From Negaprion brevirostris (taxonomy: Eukaryota): 64,000 nt of DNA. The position numbers were made by a program, and so were the translations under genes. The stretch lies in the NCBI GenBank assembly GCA_030324005.1, contig JARDVH010000097.1, positions 14,705,724 through 14,769,723 of the forward strand, read 5' to 3'. Below, piece after piece: positions 1 to 12,900 of this stretch; position 1 is the stretch's first letter, and each line of letters begins with the position of its first letter. The notes beneath the pieces are model-generated. The model was not told the origin of the DNA. It searched no databases and was given only the letters and a program-made list of their open reading frames with translations.

Positions 1-640
1 AAGCATTGAGGGAAGTGGGACTTCATGCGACACAATTTGAAGTTTAGCTTCAAAACCATGTAGTATAAACGGAAACATTCACAGTCATGTCTGTAGTGGT
101 TCGTTGTGAAGCCAATCAAGTACTAAATCCATTGCCTATACATTAGAAATTCTGAAGCTAAGGTAGGATGTTAACTGGTTAAATTAAAAAATAATGTTGA
201 TTGGTGACAAAAACAGATTAAAGGTTTTGGCAGCACTGGATGAAGGCAGGCAGACTCAATGGAAGTAAGCAGTCTTTGACGGACGGGATGTTGGGAAGGG
301 GACTGTGCAAATAAAGTCACATGATGAAAATGGCTTGTTTGAAACGGACAGGATAGGGTACCAATTTGCAGGCGATTTCAATATTCGAGATAAAGCAAAT
401 TTCATCTACTAGGGAGGAGCTGAGCGTAACAGGTGGGACTGATTTACAAAATGCGAATTGTGACATTGTTTTCTGCATCAGGCTGACATGAGAATTCAAT
501 ACATCTCCAGGAAACAGACAAGTGAGGGGGAAAGAACAGCGAGCATTGGTGGGAGGGAAGCGAGAAAAGTAGTGGAAATGAAGAGATTTAAAAATAAAGG
601 ACTGACAATAATCACACAATGGAGTTTTGTGCATGTGAAC
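1..640 (-). mobile_element. Degenerate LINE (probably L2-like) fragment
   Basis: Purine-rich antisense LINE-like text (gaggagctgagcg, gagcattggtgggagggaag); no intact ORF. Confidence 0.4.
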
Positions 641-1244
641 TGAGATGAACAGTCTACTACTAAAACAATTTGTCTACTTTAAGTTGTTACTATTACAAGT
701 AAAACTTACTATTTCTAAAGTCTATCAATCTGATATATTGTTCCAAAATGTTGTCATCCTCTCTAACCCTTACTACGAGCACTTTACTGGCATTACTTCA
801 CAGGCAATAATACTAACTGACTGACATGAGCTTTCTTTTGTACTATTACAGTCTGATGCAATTCACCCAAAATTGCTGCTTGCTGAAAAAGCGGGCAGGC
901 AATAACAGCACTTTATCTCGTCATGTTTGGGAATCAAGCCCCGAGCATTTTATAGATATGAAAATGCATCTTAACTTTCCTTGATAGCTTTCATTGAACA
1001 TTGTTAATGCAGCAAAAACGGTATTTTGCACTACAGGAAACACCAACACTAAAAACATGTTTTTACACATGCATGGTATCTATTCATATTCACCCAACAG
1101 CAGTTAAAACAGGACCTGACCGTTCAAACCTTTCTTCTTCATTTAAAATTAAGGAAATTAATTTGTCAAAGAAAAAAGTCATGGAACAGTCACACAAAAT
1201 AAAATTCACAAAGTTCAGTGTTGACAGAAAGAACAGACACAAGA

Positions 1245-1588
1245 GGATGGCACAGTGATTAGCACTGCTGTCTTGCAGCTCCAGGGACCCAGTTTAGATT
1301 CCTGGCTTGGGTCACTGTCTGTGTGGAGTTTGCACATTCTCCATGTGTCTGCATGGGTTTCCTCCAGGTGCTGCAGTTTCCTTTCACAGTCCAAAGATTT
1401 TGGAGATTAGGTGGATTGGCTATGCTATAAATTGCCTCTTGGTGTCCGCAAGTTACAGAGCCAAGGTAGATTAGTCATGGTAAACGTGTGGGGTTACGGG
1501 ATAGATTGAGGGAGTGGACTCAGGTATGATACTCCGTCAGAGAGTTGGTGCAGACTTGATGGGCCAAATGTACTGTCAGGGTTCTAAG
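1245..1588 (+). mobile_element. tRNA-derived SINE (HE1/V-SINE-like)
   Basis: Head tggcacagtgattagcactgctg..ccagggaccc, core gggtcactgtctgtgtggagtttgcacattctcc, CR1-like tail gatgggccaaatg. Confidence 0.85.
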
Positions 1589-2364
1589 AAGCAAAGCAGC
1601 ATCTCTGGTTTCTGATAGCTACTGTGAAGTAGATACACACAGATACAAGACAAAAGAACTGGATGAAGAGAAGACATGGGAATGTGATTTTTTTTGAAAA
1701 TCACTACCCAGATTAACAGAGCATCAAGGGATATGACTTGCTAAGGCACAGAATTAGTTTTGTGAATACAACATGTATTTCGCTGTCCCAAAAGCATAAA
1801 TCACACACGTGCATTGGACTAAGTAGTTCACTTGGAGTAAAACCAACATACACTCGATTGGAAGAACAGTCTGTTTTTTCATAGTTACTTTGTGTAACTC
1901 ATAACATCATGGCAAAACATTAGTTATTAATTATATTGCAATATTTCAAATAACGAGGTCCTTCTTTATAGCTGCAGGGACTTTGCACCAGTCAGAGTTA
2001 ACCTGTTGCCAAGAACAGCTTCTTGACTTTCCTGTCCCATTTCAGTGGAGTTCCACACATACAGAAGAGGCAAGGAATATTTGATGCATATCTCTAAAGA
2101 GGTTCAGGATATTGTCCAGAACATGGTAGAGTTCAGAAGTTCGACACCAAGGAACAGCAGGTGCTATGTTGGTTCACTGACTGAACTTGGAGCCCCGATT
2201 TCTACATTAGCAGGGTGTAATCCCTCCTGTGAGGGTGACACCTCATGAGAAACTTTGGCCAAGCAGAATCAGGCATGTGCAAGTAGGGTTGGATTCAACA
2301 AAAGACAAAACTGTAAACTACTGCTCAGCCTCAACTGTTTCCATTTCTGGGTGGCACACTTTCA

Positions 2365-2830
2365 CAAGGGATTAGAATACATACAGAAAAGATTCATGAG
2401 AATATTCCAGGGATGAGGAACTGCAATCAAATGCATAAATTGGAGAAACTGGAGCTGTTCTCCTTGAAGAGAAGAGGGGATTTGACAGAGATGTTCAAAA
2501 TCATGAAAGGTCTGGACACGAGCGATAGCAAGAAACCGTTCCAATTTGCACAAGCTTCTACAACCATACACGAGTTATTGAAGATGATTAGCAAATGAAG
2601 CAACAAGGTCATGTGCAGCAAGGGTTAGGATATGGAATGCACTGCCTGAAGGTGTGGTGCAGGCAGATTCAGTTGTGCGTTTCAAAAAAGAAGTGGATAA
2701 ACGTCTGATAAAAATAATTTGCAAGGTTACAGAAAACAGATGGAGGGAGGACTACGTGAGTTGTTCTGGCAAAGAGCTGTCATGGGCACAAAGGGCTGAA
2801 TGACCTCCTGTGCTGTGACTATTACATGTT
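2365..2830 (+). mobile_element. CR1 LINE 3' fragment
   Basis: LEKLELFSLKRRGDLTEMFKIMKGLD peptide; tggaatgcactgcctga; tail gggctgaatgacctcctgtgctg. Confidence 0.85.
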
Positions 2831-3489
2831 TCTATTACTCTGAGATGGTATGCCCCCAAAACATCTGAGTCAGTATACAATTGAAGGCATCAGTTAAAAT
2901 CTGTAGTCAGAGTTTATCAGCTACCAACTGGTCCTCAGTCCCAGGGGTTGATGCACAACATGATTCCAACTCTGACAAGAGAAATTACAATGCTTAACAA
3001 TTAGGAAATGAATGCCTGCATTCGGTGTTCTAAATGCAACACTGGACTCCAGATCTCTCAATTAACGTAAACAGAATCACTCCCCAGCTTGTCAAGTCTG
3101 CCTCTTCAAATCCTCTTCAAAACCCTGTCAATTATGCAGTATGGATAGACAATGCATGCCCCAGTAAAAGGCAATTAGAAAGATACGGCAGNNNNNNNNN
3201 NNNNNNNNNNNNNNNNNNNNNNNNNNNNNNNNNNNNNNNNNNNNNNNNNNNNNNNNNNNNNNNNNNNNNNNNNNNNNNNNNNNNNNNNNNNNNNNNNNNN
3301 NNNNNNNNNNNNNNNNNNNNNNNNNNNNNNNNNNNNNNNNNNNNNNNNNNNNNNNNNNNNNNNNNNNNNNNNNNNNNNNNNNNNNNNNNNNNNNNNNNNN
3401 NNNNNNNNNNNNNNNNNNNNNNNNNNNNNNNNNNNNNNNNNNNNNNNNNNNNNNNNNNNNNNNNNNNNNNNNNNNNNNNNNATTAATTT

Positions 3490-3755
3490 TAAGTATATTT
3501 AAGTTTATTTATTTATTAGTCACAGGTAGGCTTACATTAACACTGCAATGAAGTTACTATGAGATTCCCCTAGTCACCACACTACAGCACCTGTTCCGGT
3601 TAATGCACCTATCCAACATGCCTTTCTGACTGTTGGAGGAAACCAGGGCGTCTAAAGGAAATCCATGCAGACTCTGTATGGACAGTGACCCAAGCTGGGA
3701 ATCAAACCCGAATCCCTAGCGCTGTGAGGCAACTGTGCTAACCACTGTGCAGCCC
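3490..3755 (-). mobile_element. tRNA-derived SINE
   Basis: Reverse complement of head (gctgtgaggcaactgtgctaaccactgtgc) and core; (ttta)n tail at 3500-3520. Confidence 0.8.
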
Positions 3756-3835
3756 GCACTAAGCGTGGAGTTTTCAGCAAACTCACAACATTGCCTCCAA
3801 AACTGAAAGTAGAATCATTTTAGGGGAACACGTAC

Positions 3836-3949
3836 CTCCTCTTCATCAGCCTCCACATCCTCAGGTTCAGCAGCTGCAGTGGTAGCTCCAGGCTTGAACC
3901 ATGCAAGTTGAAGGTCCTGCCCTTTGAAATGAATCCCATGTAACGCAGC
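3836..3949 (-). CDS. RBM26: RBM26 exon 21 (RRM2 end), 114 nt
   Basis: tttAG|GCT GCG...GAG GAG|GTACGT; AALHGIHFKGQDLQLAWFKP...EADEEE. Confidence 0.94.
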
Positions 3950-6900
3950 CTAAAATCCACATTAAATGGAGAAAAATCACGTCCTTAACAAAAACTATTT
4001 CCAAGAGACTAATCATTTCAATTGCACAATTTACATAGCAAGCTCTTCAAATAAACATTCCAAGTTAATTCAGGTCTTCAAAATATCAATAATGGGGGCA
4101 GCCTAACCAAATGGCATACTGATTAAACATGCAAAGTATACTGCACAATACACACCTATAGTAAATTGTTTAATATTCTAACCACCTACAGTATTACAAT
4201 CCGAGTGTAATAGCGATTGAAGTTGTTTGCGAAAGCAGTGGATGCGTGAGGAGGAAAACTTAGGGAAAGCAAGCAAAGGCATTCTATTATTTTTTAAATC
4301 ACTAATATTTAGGAAGTACATTACCCTCAACTTTTAAACTAAAATTCACTAAAATATTTAAAGAGTTCCACCAATAGACAAAAACCCACTTTCTCCATCC
4401 AATGTCTTATTCAGTTCCAGGGAGAGACCCACTGAAGAAAACAAAAGCATTCAGTTGTTCATCATAGAAGCAGAATGATTATCCCAAAAACATCTAACCT
4501 TCTCTTTGTGGAAAGAAATGTTACCTCTATATCTAAAAAATTTCTAATGGTGTTCCAGGCATCCAAATACAAAACAATAACTGTGACATTGAGGGAGAAA
4601 AGTTCAAATACAGCAGAGTCTGNNNNNNNNNNNNNNNNNNNNNNNNNNNNNNNNNNNNNNNGTCTTCTGATCTGCAAGATGTTACAGATGAACAATTTGT
4701 AAGGAGGAACAGAGCCAGGGAAAATGGAGCAAGAGAAAGAACAGTCTGTGGTTAAGTGCAGGACAGAGAAATTAGGGGAATGAATTCTTTTTCAAGAGCC
4801 AGAGGATGTGCAAATAATTACAGCAGAACAACCAGGGGTGGCGAGGTTGCAAATGGAGGAACTATCTTGGGGGATGAAAGAGGGAGGCTGAAGCGTGGAA
4901 AATCTAGTAAAGCGGAGAAAGCGACAGTGATCCGAGATTTCATTAGCTTAGTCGATCCACGCCCCTCTTGTACTCCAAACTCTTAAAGTTCAACCCAAAT
5001 TGCTTTTAAATGTTGGCTGTTTTCCAAGTTTAATGTCTTCTTGCTGAAGGACCAACTACAGTTAAAAAAGGCAAGAGACATCAGCTCCAACTATTCTGCT
5101 GGTTTACAATTAACAGGATAAATCGAACCCCAAGCACAAGCCCACAATGTCTCTCAAGTGCTCAAAGTATTCATCCCACACTGCCAACATCTGCTATCTG
5201 GAAGAACATGGGAGCCACGGCCAAGGTATTTCACTCAATTATCTGAACTATTCCCACCTCTCAGTCTTTGGTTTTCTGCACAGGTGCAATATGCCTTATA
5301 CAAGTTCAAGGAAGAGAACACCTTTCCATTCTGGGAGCAGGGGTTCAGGTGTAACTTGCAGCAGTTTTTTGAACTGTTCCTTCAATCTCATTTGCACAAT
5401 CACCAAAATGCAGATGATCACGTGAGGAACACTGTTTTCTGAAAAAGTAACACTTCTCGAGAACAAACTGAATTGAATAAACAGGAATCTAAAAAAGCTT
5501 GTGCTCAATTCCCATTCCTGAATAGTACATCAGGATAAGCTAAACCAATTTNNNNNNNNNNCCAATTTGCAATGGGCAGCATATGAAATTAAGTGAAGGC
5601 ACAAAAATTTAGTGGAAACACGTAAACGAACTGAGTTATTTTAAGAGGAATGGAATAATACACCGTTGCCTTCCTTCCTCTCAGTAAGGGAGCTGAACAC
5701 CGATGGCTTATTTATAAAATCAATCCATGCAACTGTGAAATCTTATTTTGCTGCAACTAGGAAAGATACAGCAGTGAGTGAACATTAAAAATCTGCACTA
5801 AGAGTAATCACTGAACCAACCACAGTGCAAAATCAAAACCTTAAATTAAAACACAAAGCAAAACCAGTGTTAACGCATTAGCAGCATAAGAGAATAACTA
5901 GCACGGTCGTAAGATTTATTGTGCAATCTGAAATGTGAAATGTAAAAACAATCACACCTTCAATGACATTTTTACATAAATTGACCAATATCACAGTCCC
6001 TGGGTATAAATTCTGTATTTTCACATTTAAATTTGTAATAAATTTCATGGGATCCATGCAGCTATGCTTTCAACAGACGACTGAACCCGACTTTGCAGAG
6101 AACTGGTATTTTTGTATTATAAAGAAGCCCCTACATACTGTCTGCATTATAATACAACTAAACAGAAAAGTAATAAATATGAATCAATAAATAATTGATT
6201 CCAAGATTCAAGAAACCATCCATATACAATTCTAATCTCATCTACAAAATAAGCTACTCTCCTCTTATCCCAACACAACACTCTTAATTTGATCAAAATG
6301 TTCACAAATATACAACATACTGGCCAATCAACAGATTCTAAAAGACCTTAATGAAAACATATTTATGATATTTAACTTCAAATTTCAAGCTTATGGCTCC
6401 ACCATCTTTTCCAAACAAATGAGGCCACAGCTATAAAGGTTCAGCAGATTTTAGGCTACAAACCACAAAACACTTCACTTTGAAAAAGCAGGTGACAGGG
6501 TGGCACAGTGGTTAACACTGCTGCCTCACAGCGCCAGGGACCCAGATTCAATTTCAGCCACGGCCAATTGCACACATTCTCCCCAGGTCTACGTGGGTGT
6601 CCTCCAGGTCTCTAGTTTCCTCCCACAGTCTAAAGGTGCGCAGGTTAGGTAGACTGGCCATGCTAAATTCTCCCTCAGTGACCAAGATATGTAGGTTAGG
6701 GGGATTAGTGGGGCAAATACTTTGGATTACGGGACAGGACATGGGTAGGATGTTCTGTCAGAGAGTTGGTGCACATTTGATGGGCCGAATGGCCGCCTTC
6801 TGTACTGTAGGGATTCTATGGGATAATGGAAACATTACTGAAATTGCATTAGTTCCCTAAATTGGCACGCAAATGCTTGCACTGTCTGGGATCCCAACCA

Positions 6901-9900
6901 TAAAAAGAATGTTCAAAGGTGTTAGTGCTCATTTTAATACTTGAAGTAGTCTTGTATTTACATTATAAGAAAACCATATACTCACAGCCTCAGCTTCTGC
7001 TCTTGTCTTGTAAGTAATGACTGCATGGTGAGAGCAATCATCAATCTGACAATCCTCAATTTCGCCAAATTGCTTAAAAGAGAAATACAGTAAAATCTTT
7101 TAAACATTAAAATTTCAAATGCTGTTTTTATAGTCAAATTTCAGCCTTCTGTTTACTGAAGATAATTAATTAGAGGAGAAAATGTACTCACTATAAATAA
7201 TGAAGCTGTTGGACACCGCTCGAAACAAACCTTCTAAATTATAAAATATGGCACAGTGGCAAGCACTGCTGTCTCACAGCTCCAAGGACTCGGGTTCAAT
7301 TCTGGCCTTGATTAATTGCCTGTGTGTCCATGTGGCTTCCTTCCGGATGCTCCAGTTTCCTTCCACAGTCCAAAGGTGTGAAGGTTAAGTGGACTGGCCA
7401 TGCTACCTTGCCCACGCTACCTTGCCCCTTAGTGGCTAAAGATGTGTAGGTTAGGGGGTAGTGGGATAAATATGCAGTAAGATGCTCTGATGGGGGAGTC
7501 AGCGCAGACTCAAAGAACTGAATTGTCTCCTTGGGCTCTGTAGAGATTTTATGAGATTCTTTAAACTACTGCACTTGAATGAGGAGAATTTAAAATAACA
7601 GAACCAAAAGAGCATGAGAAAAATATTTAATTCCAAACAGCCCAGACTTTGCAATATTGATATATTCCACCACAAACATCTGTGGCATGCACATGCACTA
7701 AATTGTGTGACATTGCCAGTAGCCCTGGAGCCATGCAGACAAAGAAAACACCTGGCAGAAAGGTTGGCCTGCAGTGCATTTGACTGGGGAATGCAAAATT
7801 GGACAGGGACGCAACTCTCAAAAGGGCTGCAGCTTGTCATGAAATGTTTAGATTGTAGAGGTGGCACTGAAGGTTTCTACAATAACACTTCACACTTAGA
7901 TATCACAAAGTAGCAATCAGCTACAAGATGCTTCATAGGAACATTATCAAACAAAATTTGACATCAAGTTACATAANNNNNNNNNNNNNNNNNNNNNNNN
8001 NNNNNNNNNNNNNNNNNNNNNNNNNNNNNNNNNNNNNNNNNNNNNNNNNNNNNNNNNNNNNNNNNNNNNNNNNNNNAAGTAGCACTCAGCTACAAGATGC
8101 TTCATAGGAACATTATCAAACAAAATTTGACATCAACGTACATAAGGAAATGATAGGGAAAATGAAAAACAAAGCTTAGTCAAAAAATAGATTTTAAGGA
8201 AAGGACGGGGGAAAAAAGGTATGAGATTTAGGGATGACATTCTAGAACTTAGGGCTCAGGTAACTGAGGGTAGGGACAGAGTGAAGATCAGCAAATTGTT
8301 TCATTTGATCTCTTTCTGTAGAACTACAAAAGTTGGGAGACAATTTGTCTCTCATATGGACTGCCTCCACTAGAACAGAACTGAAACCAATTGCATCATC
8401 CTGCTCCCATTTCATAGCCATGCATACAGCTCTGCTTTAAATGGTTAACAGAAGTCACTGAAGTGAGATAATGTACTATGCGTGGTACCACTGAAAGATC
8501 CAGAGTACACTATAGAAATTTCATTTATAAAATAAGATTGACTATCACGTGTTATTGGCATGCCAATGATAAAATTTAAATTTTATTGACTCATGTGCCA
8601 CAACCAAATGTACTGAAATCGTGATAATGCAGGTAATACACCCAGGGAAAATGTTCCCATTGGAGGGACTGGCACCCACCTTGCAGTAAAAGCATTGATA
8701 CCAGCTGCACAGAAGGAGGCTGACTATTCATGACATCATCTAGAACCCTGATCTTGGCATTATTGCTTTAAAACCGCCTCCTTCTACAACTAAACTTGTG
8801 CACAAGAACCTCCTAGTACAAGGGCTTGTTCTTACCAGATGAAGGTAAGGAAACAGTGTGGTGTGGTGGGCTAACCATTGTCCTGTCGCTTTGGGGACAT
8901 GGGTTCAGTCTCCACCATCTGCAGACTGTGTGAAATCAGTTTTGTGGGCCCCTATTTCACTCCTAACAAGTTTTACCTAATCCAGTGGTGATTTTGCCAA
9001 CCTTACTCAAAGATGGTTGGAAAGGGAAAATTGCCTGAGTAATGCAAGTAACAGGTGAGCAGCGCATTGCAATATCAATGCTCTACGGGTCCTTCTAATC
9101 TCTCTTGGCTGTGATCAAACAACGTGGCTTGGAACGACATCTAACACACTGACTGAAGTAAAATACATTGAAAAATACTTACTGCAAAATGTGGCAGGAC
9201 TTCATCTTGGTCACTTTCAGAAAAGCCAGATATATTCAATGATTTGGGACGATGGTCTACCACAGAATGAAAAGGCACGCCTCGACCTCGCCCTCTGTGA
9301 CCTCTGCCTCTACCTCTGTGTCCTCCTCGCCCCCTGGAGTGGTGCCCTCTTCCACGAACATTGGAAAGGATACCGCGTTTGGCAGCCTGCAGCACAAGTG
9401 TTTAACACGTAACACTAATCAGATACATTGATCAGGTTTAATGTTGGGTATGAAAACTATGTTACATCAAAAACAAACTCAATTTTGTTTTGTCAACAAG
9501 CAAACTCTCCAAAGCTGCTTGGAGTTCAGACAGAATTCAGAAGCCAATAGCAACAAAAAAAAGCTTGATCTAACTGAATAGAAGAGTGCCAAAAAATTTA
9601 TCTTTCATAGCAACATAACAGGGATGTTGTTACTTGCACTAATTTCTCTAACTTGTTTGCACATGGACACTTCTTCTAAATGAGATAATTTACTTATGAA
9701 GTAGGTAAGAAACATCACATGCGAGCCATTTTGTGAGGAAAAAGCTCTCATGTTTATGCGTCACTAATGAGGCACAACTACTGCAAAACTGCACCCTCAT
9801 GTCAAGCTTTATAGCAATGTTACTTTGGCAGATTTACAGTATATATCTTTGAGCAAGACCATCAGAAAATATGCAACAGAAATGAAGCATTACATGATTT

Positions 9901-12900
9901 TCTGATGATTATCTTAAACTGGCAGACAATGCTGCCATCTGCTGTAAACCTCTATTATTGCAGGAACATCCTTGGTTTTTATTGTTTTACCAGGTAATGA
10001 TTTGAGGGAGCCAATAAGCTGATAATTGAAATCAGCAGAAATATAATGAAAGCTTAGTATCTAGCTAAGCAAACAGAGGTTTCAGTGGAAATGTTAAGGG
10101 AAATGTGAGGTCTCAGCTTAGAAATGTCAACTTGGCTACGACCCAGAAGCTTACAATCTACATAAACTCATTTTATGCAAAAAAAATTGGGCATGCATTC
10201 ACTTCTATAAATTTGCACACTATTCCTTTGACCAGGAATTCTGCTGGATACACAAGAAGCAAAAGGATTCCAAAAATAATCAGTACGGTGGTCAGCAAAT
10301 GAACCAGATCAAGAAGTTTTGTGTTTTTCGAAAAGGTCAAAATTAATTCTGGAAGGACCTCAAAAACAGTTGAGGAATGCAAACTTCAGATCTGAACGAA
10401 TGAAGAATGGAAAACTTTATAATTAGTTAATAGGGCAATACTTGTTCATCAATATGAAAATGAATGCGTGTATTTTCTTAATATCCTGAATTACTGCAAC
10501 CAACATTCCTACCTCTAGCTGAAGCTCATTGTACTTTTTCCGAAGTCCAGTGATATCTTCTCCAGCCTGTACTTTCTTATACAAGTCCAACTCTGTATCT
10601 AGTAGTTCTCTCTGCATCTATAAAAAGAAAAAATCAGTATTTGCTTATATTTGAACAACTATCAAATTGCATAAATTGTGGAAGTCAAAATAAAAAACCC
10701 AAAACTAAGGTTACACATGGCTGTCTGATTTCCTCTAAACACATGGACCTTTTGGTTCCTGCGTAATGTTTGCCAGCCTTAAAACACAGAGAGGAGGGAC
10801 ATTTCAATATCATGGTTTGTGGTCAACCACTTGGATTGTTGGAAGTTCACAGACACTGTGAATTTCACTAAAGGCGCACGAGCTAGCAGTAGTTTCAAGT
10901 TAGCACCGACCAGAAAAATCCATGATTTGAAGTCGAATTGAATGATCTGAACTAGAATAGCAACTGTAGCAAAGAAAGTCATTAAGAATTAGTCAGCAAG
11001 CAGAAGCACCATCTGAAAAGAAAAGTAGCAATAACTTGGGATGGTTTATTTATTAGTGTCACAAATAGGCTTACCTTAACGCTGCAAATGAAGTTATTAA
11101 GAACACCCCCTGATTGCCACACTCCAGTGCCTGTTCGGGTACACGGAGGGAGAATTCAGTAAGGCCACTGCACTAACTAGCAGATCATTCAGGCTGTGGG
11201 AGGAAACTGGAGCAACCAGAGGAAACCCATGCAGACACGGGCAGAATGTGTGGACTCCACACAGACAGTGACCCAAGGTGGGAATTGAACGCAGATCTTT
11301 GGCACTGTGAGGCAGCAGTGCTAACCATTATGCCACCTTGCCATTCCATGCTTGTGGCACAGTGGCAAGCACTGNNNNNNNNNNNNNNNNNNNNNNNNNN
11401 NNNNNNNNNNNNNNNNNNNNNNNNNNNNNNNNNNNNNNNTGGAGTTTGCACATTCTCCCTGTGTCTGCGTGGGTTTCCTCCCACAGTCCAAAGACTTGCA
11501 GGTTAGGTTGATTGACCATGCTAAATTAACCCAAGCATCAGGAGGTCAGCAGGTTAAATGCGAGTTATGGGAATAAAGCCTGGGTAGGATTGTGGTCAGT
11601 GTAGACTTGATGAACCGAAAGACCTCCTTCTATACTGCAGGGATACTATGACTTTGATTATTTATTGACCCAAATTTTCCAATAAAGGAGAGGCCGCTTG
11701 ACTCAAATGCAGTTATAGTCTTGGGATCCTGAGGAAGTCCCGATGTACGCACATCCACAGTGCTTAAATGAAAAGTTTAAAGTTCCAATTGCTGGTTTCA
11801 CCCCATCTGGAATGCTCCATGGTTTCAATGATAGTGGAGTTAAATGGCCAGAACCGCGTAGGCTTGGGTTGTTTGCACCATCTCTGCAGTTGAATACTAT
11901 TGGGGCGACGCGTACGGTGGTGAACTTTGTTGGGAGGATGGGTGAGGAGGGTAGCACCAGAGACTATGCTATGCTTCACAAATTTGTGTGTCATCCTTGC
12001 GCAGGGGCCATACTAATCTTTGCTGTATTGTTCCAATTTTGCAGTTTCAGAGGCTGACAGCTCCATTTAAAACAACACAAATCAATGAACTGAAGACAGA
12101 CCTTAAGGCTTGGAATTAGTTAAGACAACTTACTTCCTCGCTATGCTTGCTCCTGCATTGGAAAATGCAAAGGCTCCAACGTAAAATGTTAAGTGGGCAG
12201 TTTAAGATCAGAGTCAGCGTTGGACACAACCTCTCTAACACTAATGAAATCTCCGGGTCAACGTCTATAGACTTATTAGTTTAAAAACAGTTGCGTTTTG
12301 TGCAGTCCCTACTGGAATTATTTCTGGTGGATTTACTGCAGGCTTCTGTGGAAGTGTTCAATAAATGCACCTACTTTAATTCAAATTCTCAACTTTGTTC
12401 AGAAACATAAAAAAAAAACTGAAAACAAACAAGATTAAACATTTTGCGCTCACTTCTTTTAATGTTTAAAATGGAAACGCTCTGTTTTCAGAACATTAAG
12501 AAAGCCACAAATTGACTACAATACCTGAGCTTTGGTTTTCACTGTTTTGGGAGCAGTCGAGCCTGTTCCACTTCCTTTCAGTTCATCTTGCAGTTTGGTT
12601 ATACTCTTGGTTAAGGCCTGCAGCGTTTTCATAATTTCTGTCTTATCTTCTGATTTCATTTTTTTATTTTTCTCCAGCTTTGATATCAAGATCTAAACAG
12701 TGGTTCAGAAAAAGTTAAGACGACAAGGCACGCTGGATCCAACTTTCTCAGACAAGACTATTCATTTGCCCAAAAGCAAAAACATAATCACATCATACTG
12801 AAACAACTTCTGTATAGAGGCAGAGACATATACAGCATGGAAATAAGCCCTTTGGCCCAAGTATAGTGAGTTTTAGACCAGAGTTTGTAGAGCAAATGGA

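Noticed and set aside
7908-8146. About 70-nt direct repeat on both sides of an N gap
   Set aside because: Near-identical flanks of a 99-N gap are the typical signature of an unmerged contig overlap.
11961-12040. Functional U6 snRNA gene
   Set aside because: The 5' stem-loop is missing, the ACAGAGA box is altered, and there is no TATA/PSE or oligo-T terminator.
11703-12057. Overlapping 76-104 aa ORFs across the U6 chimera
   Set aside because: No recognisable domain; they run through U6-derived sequence, so likely chance.
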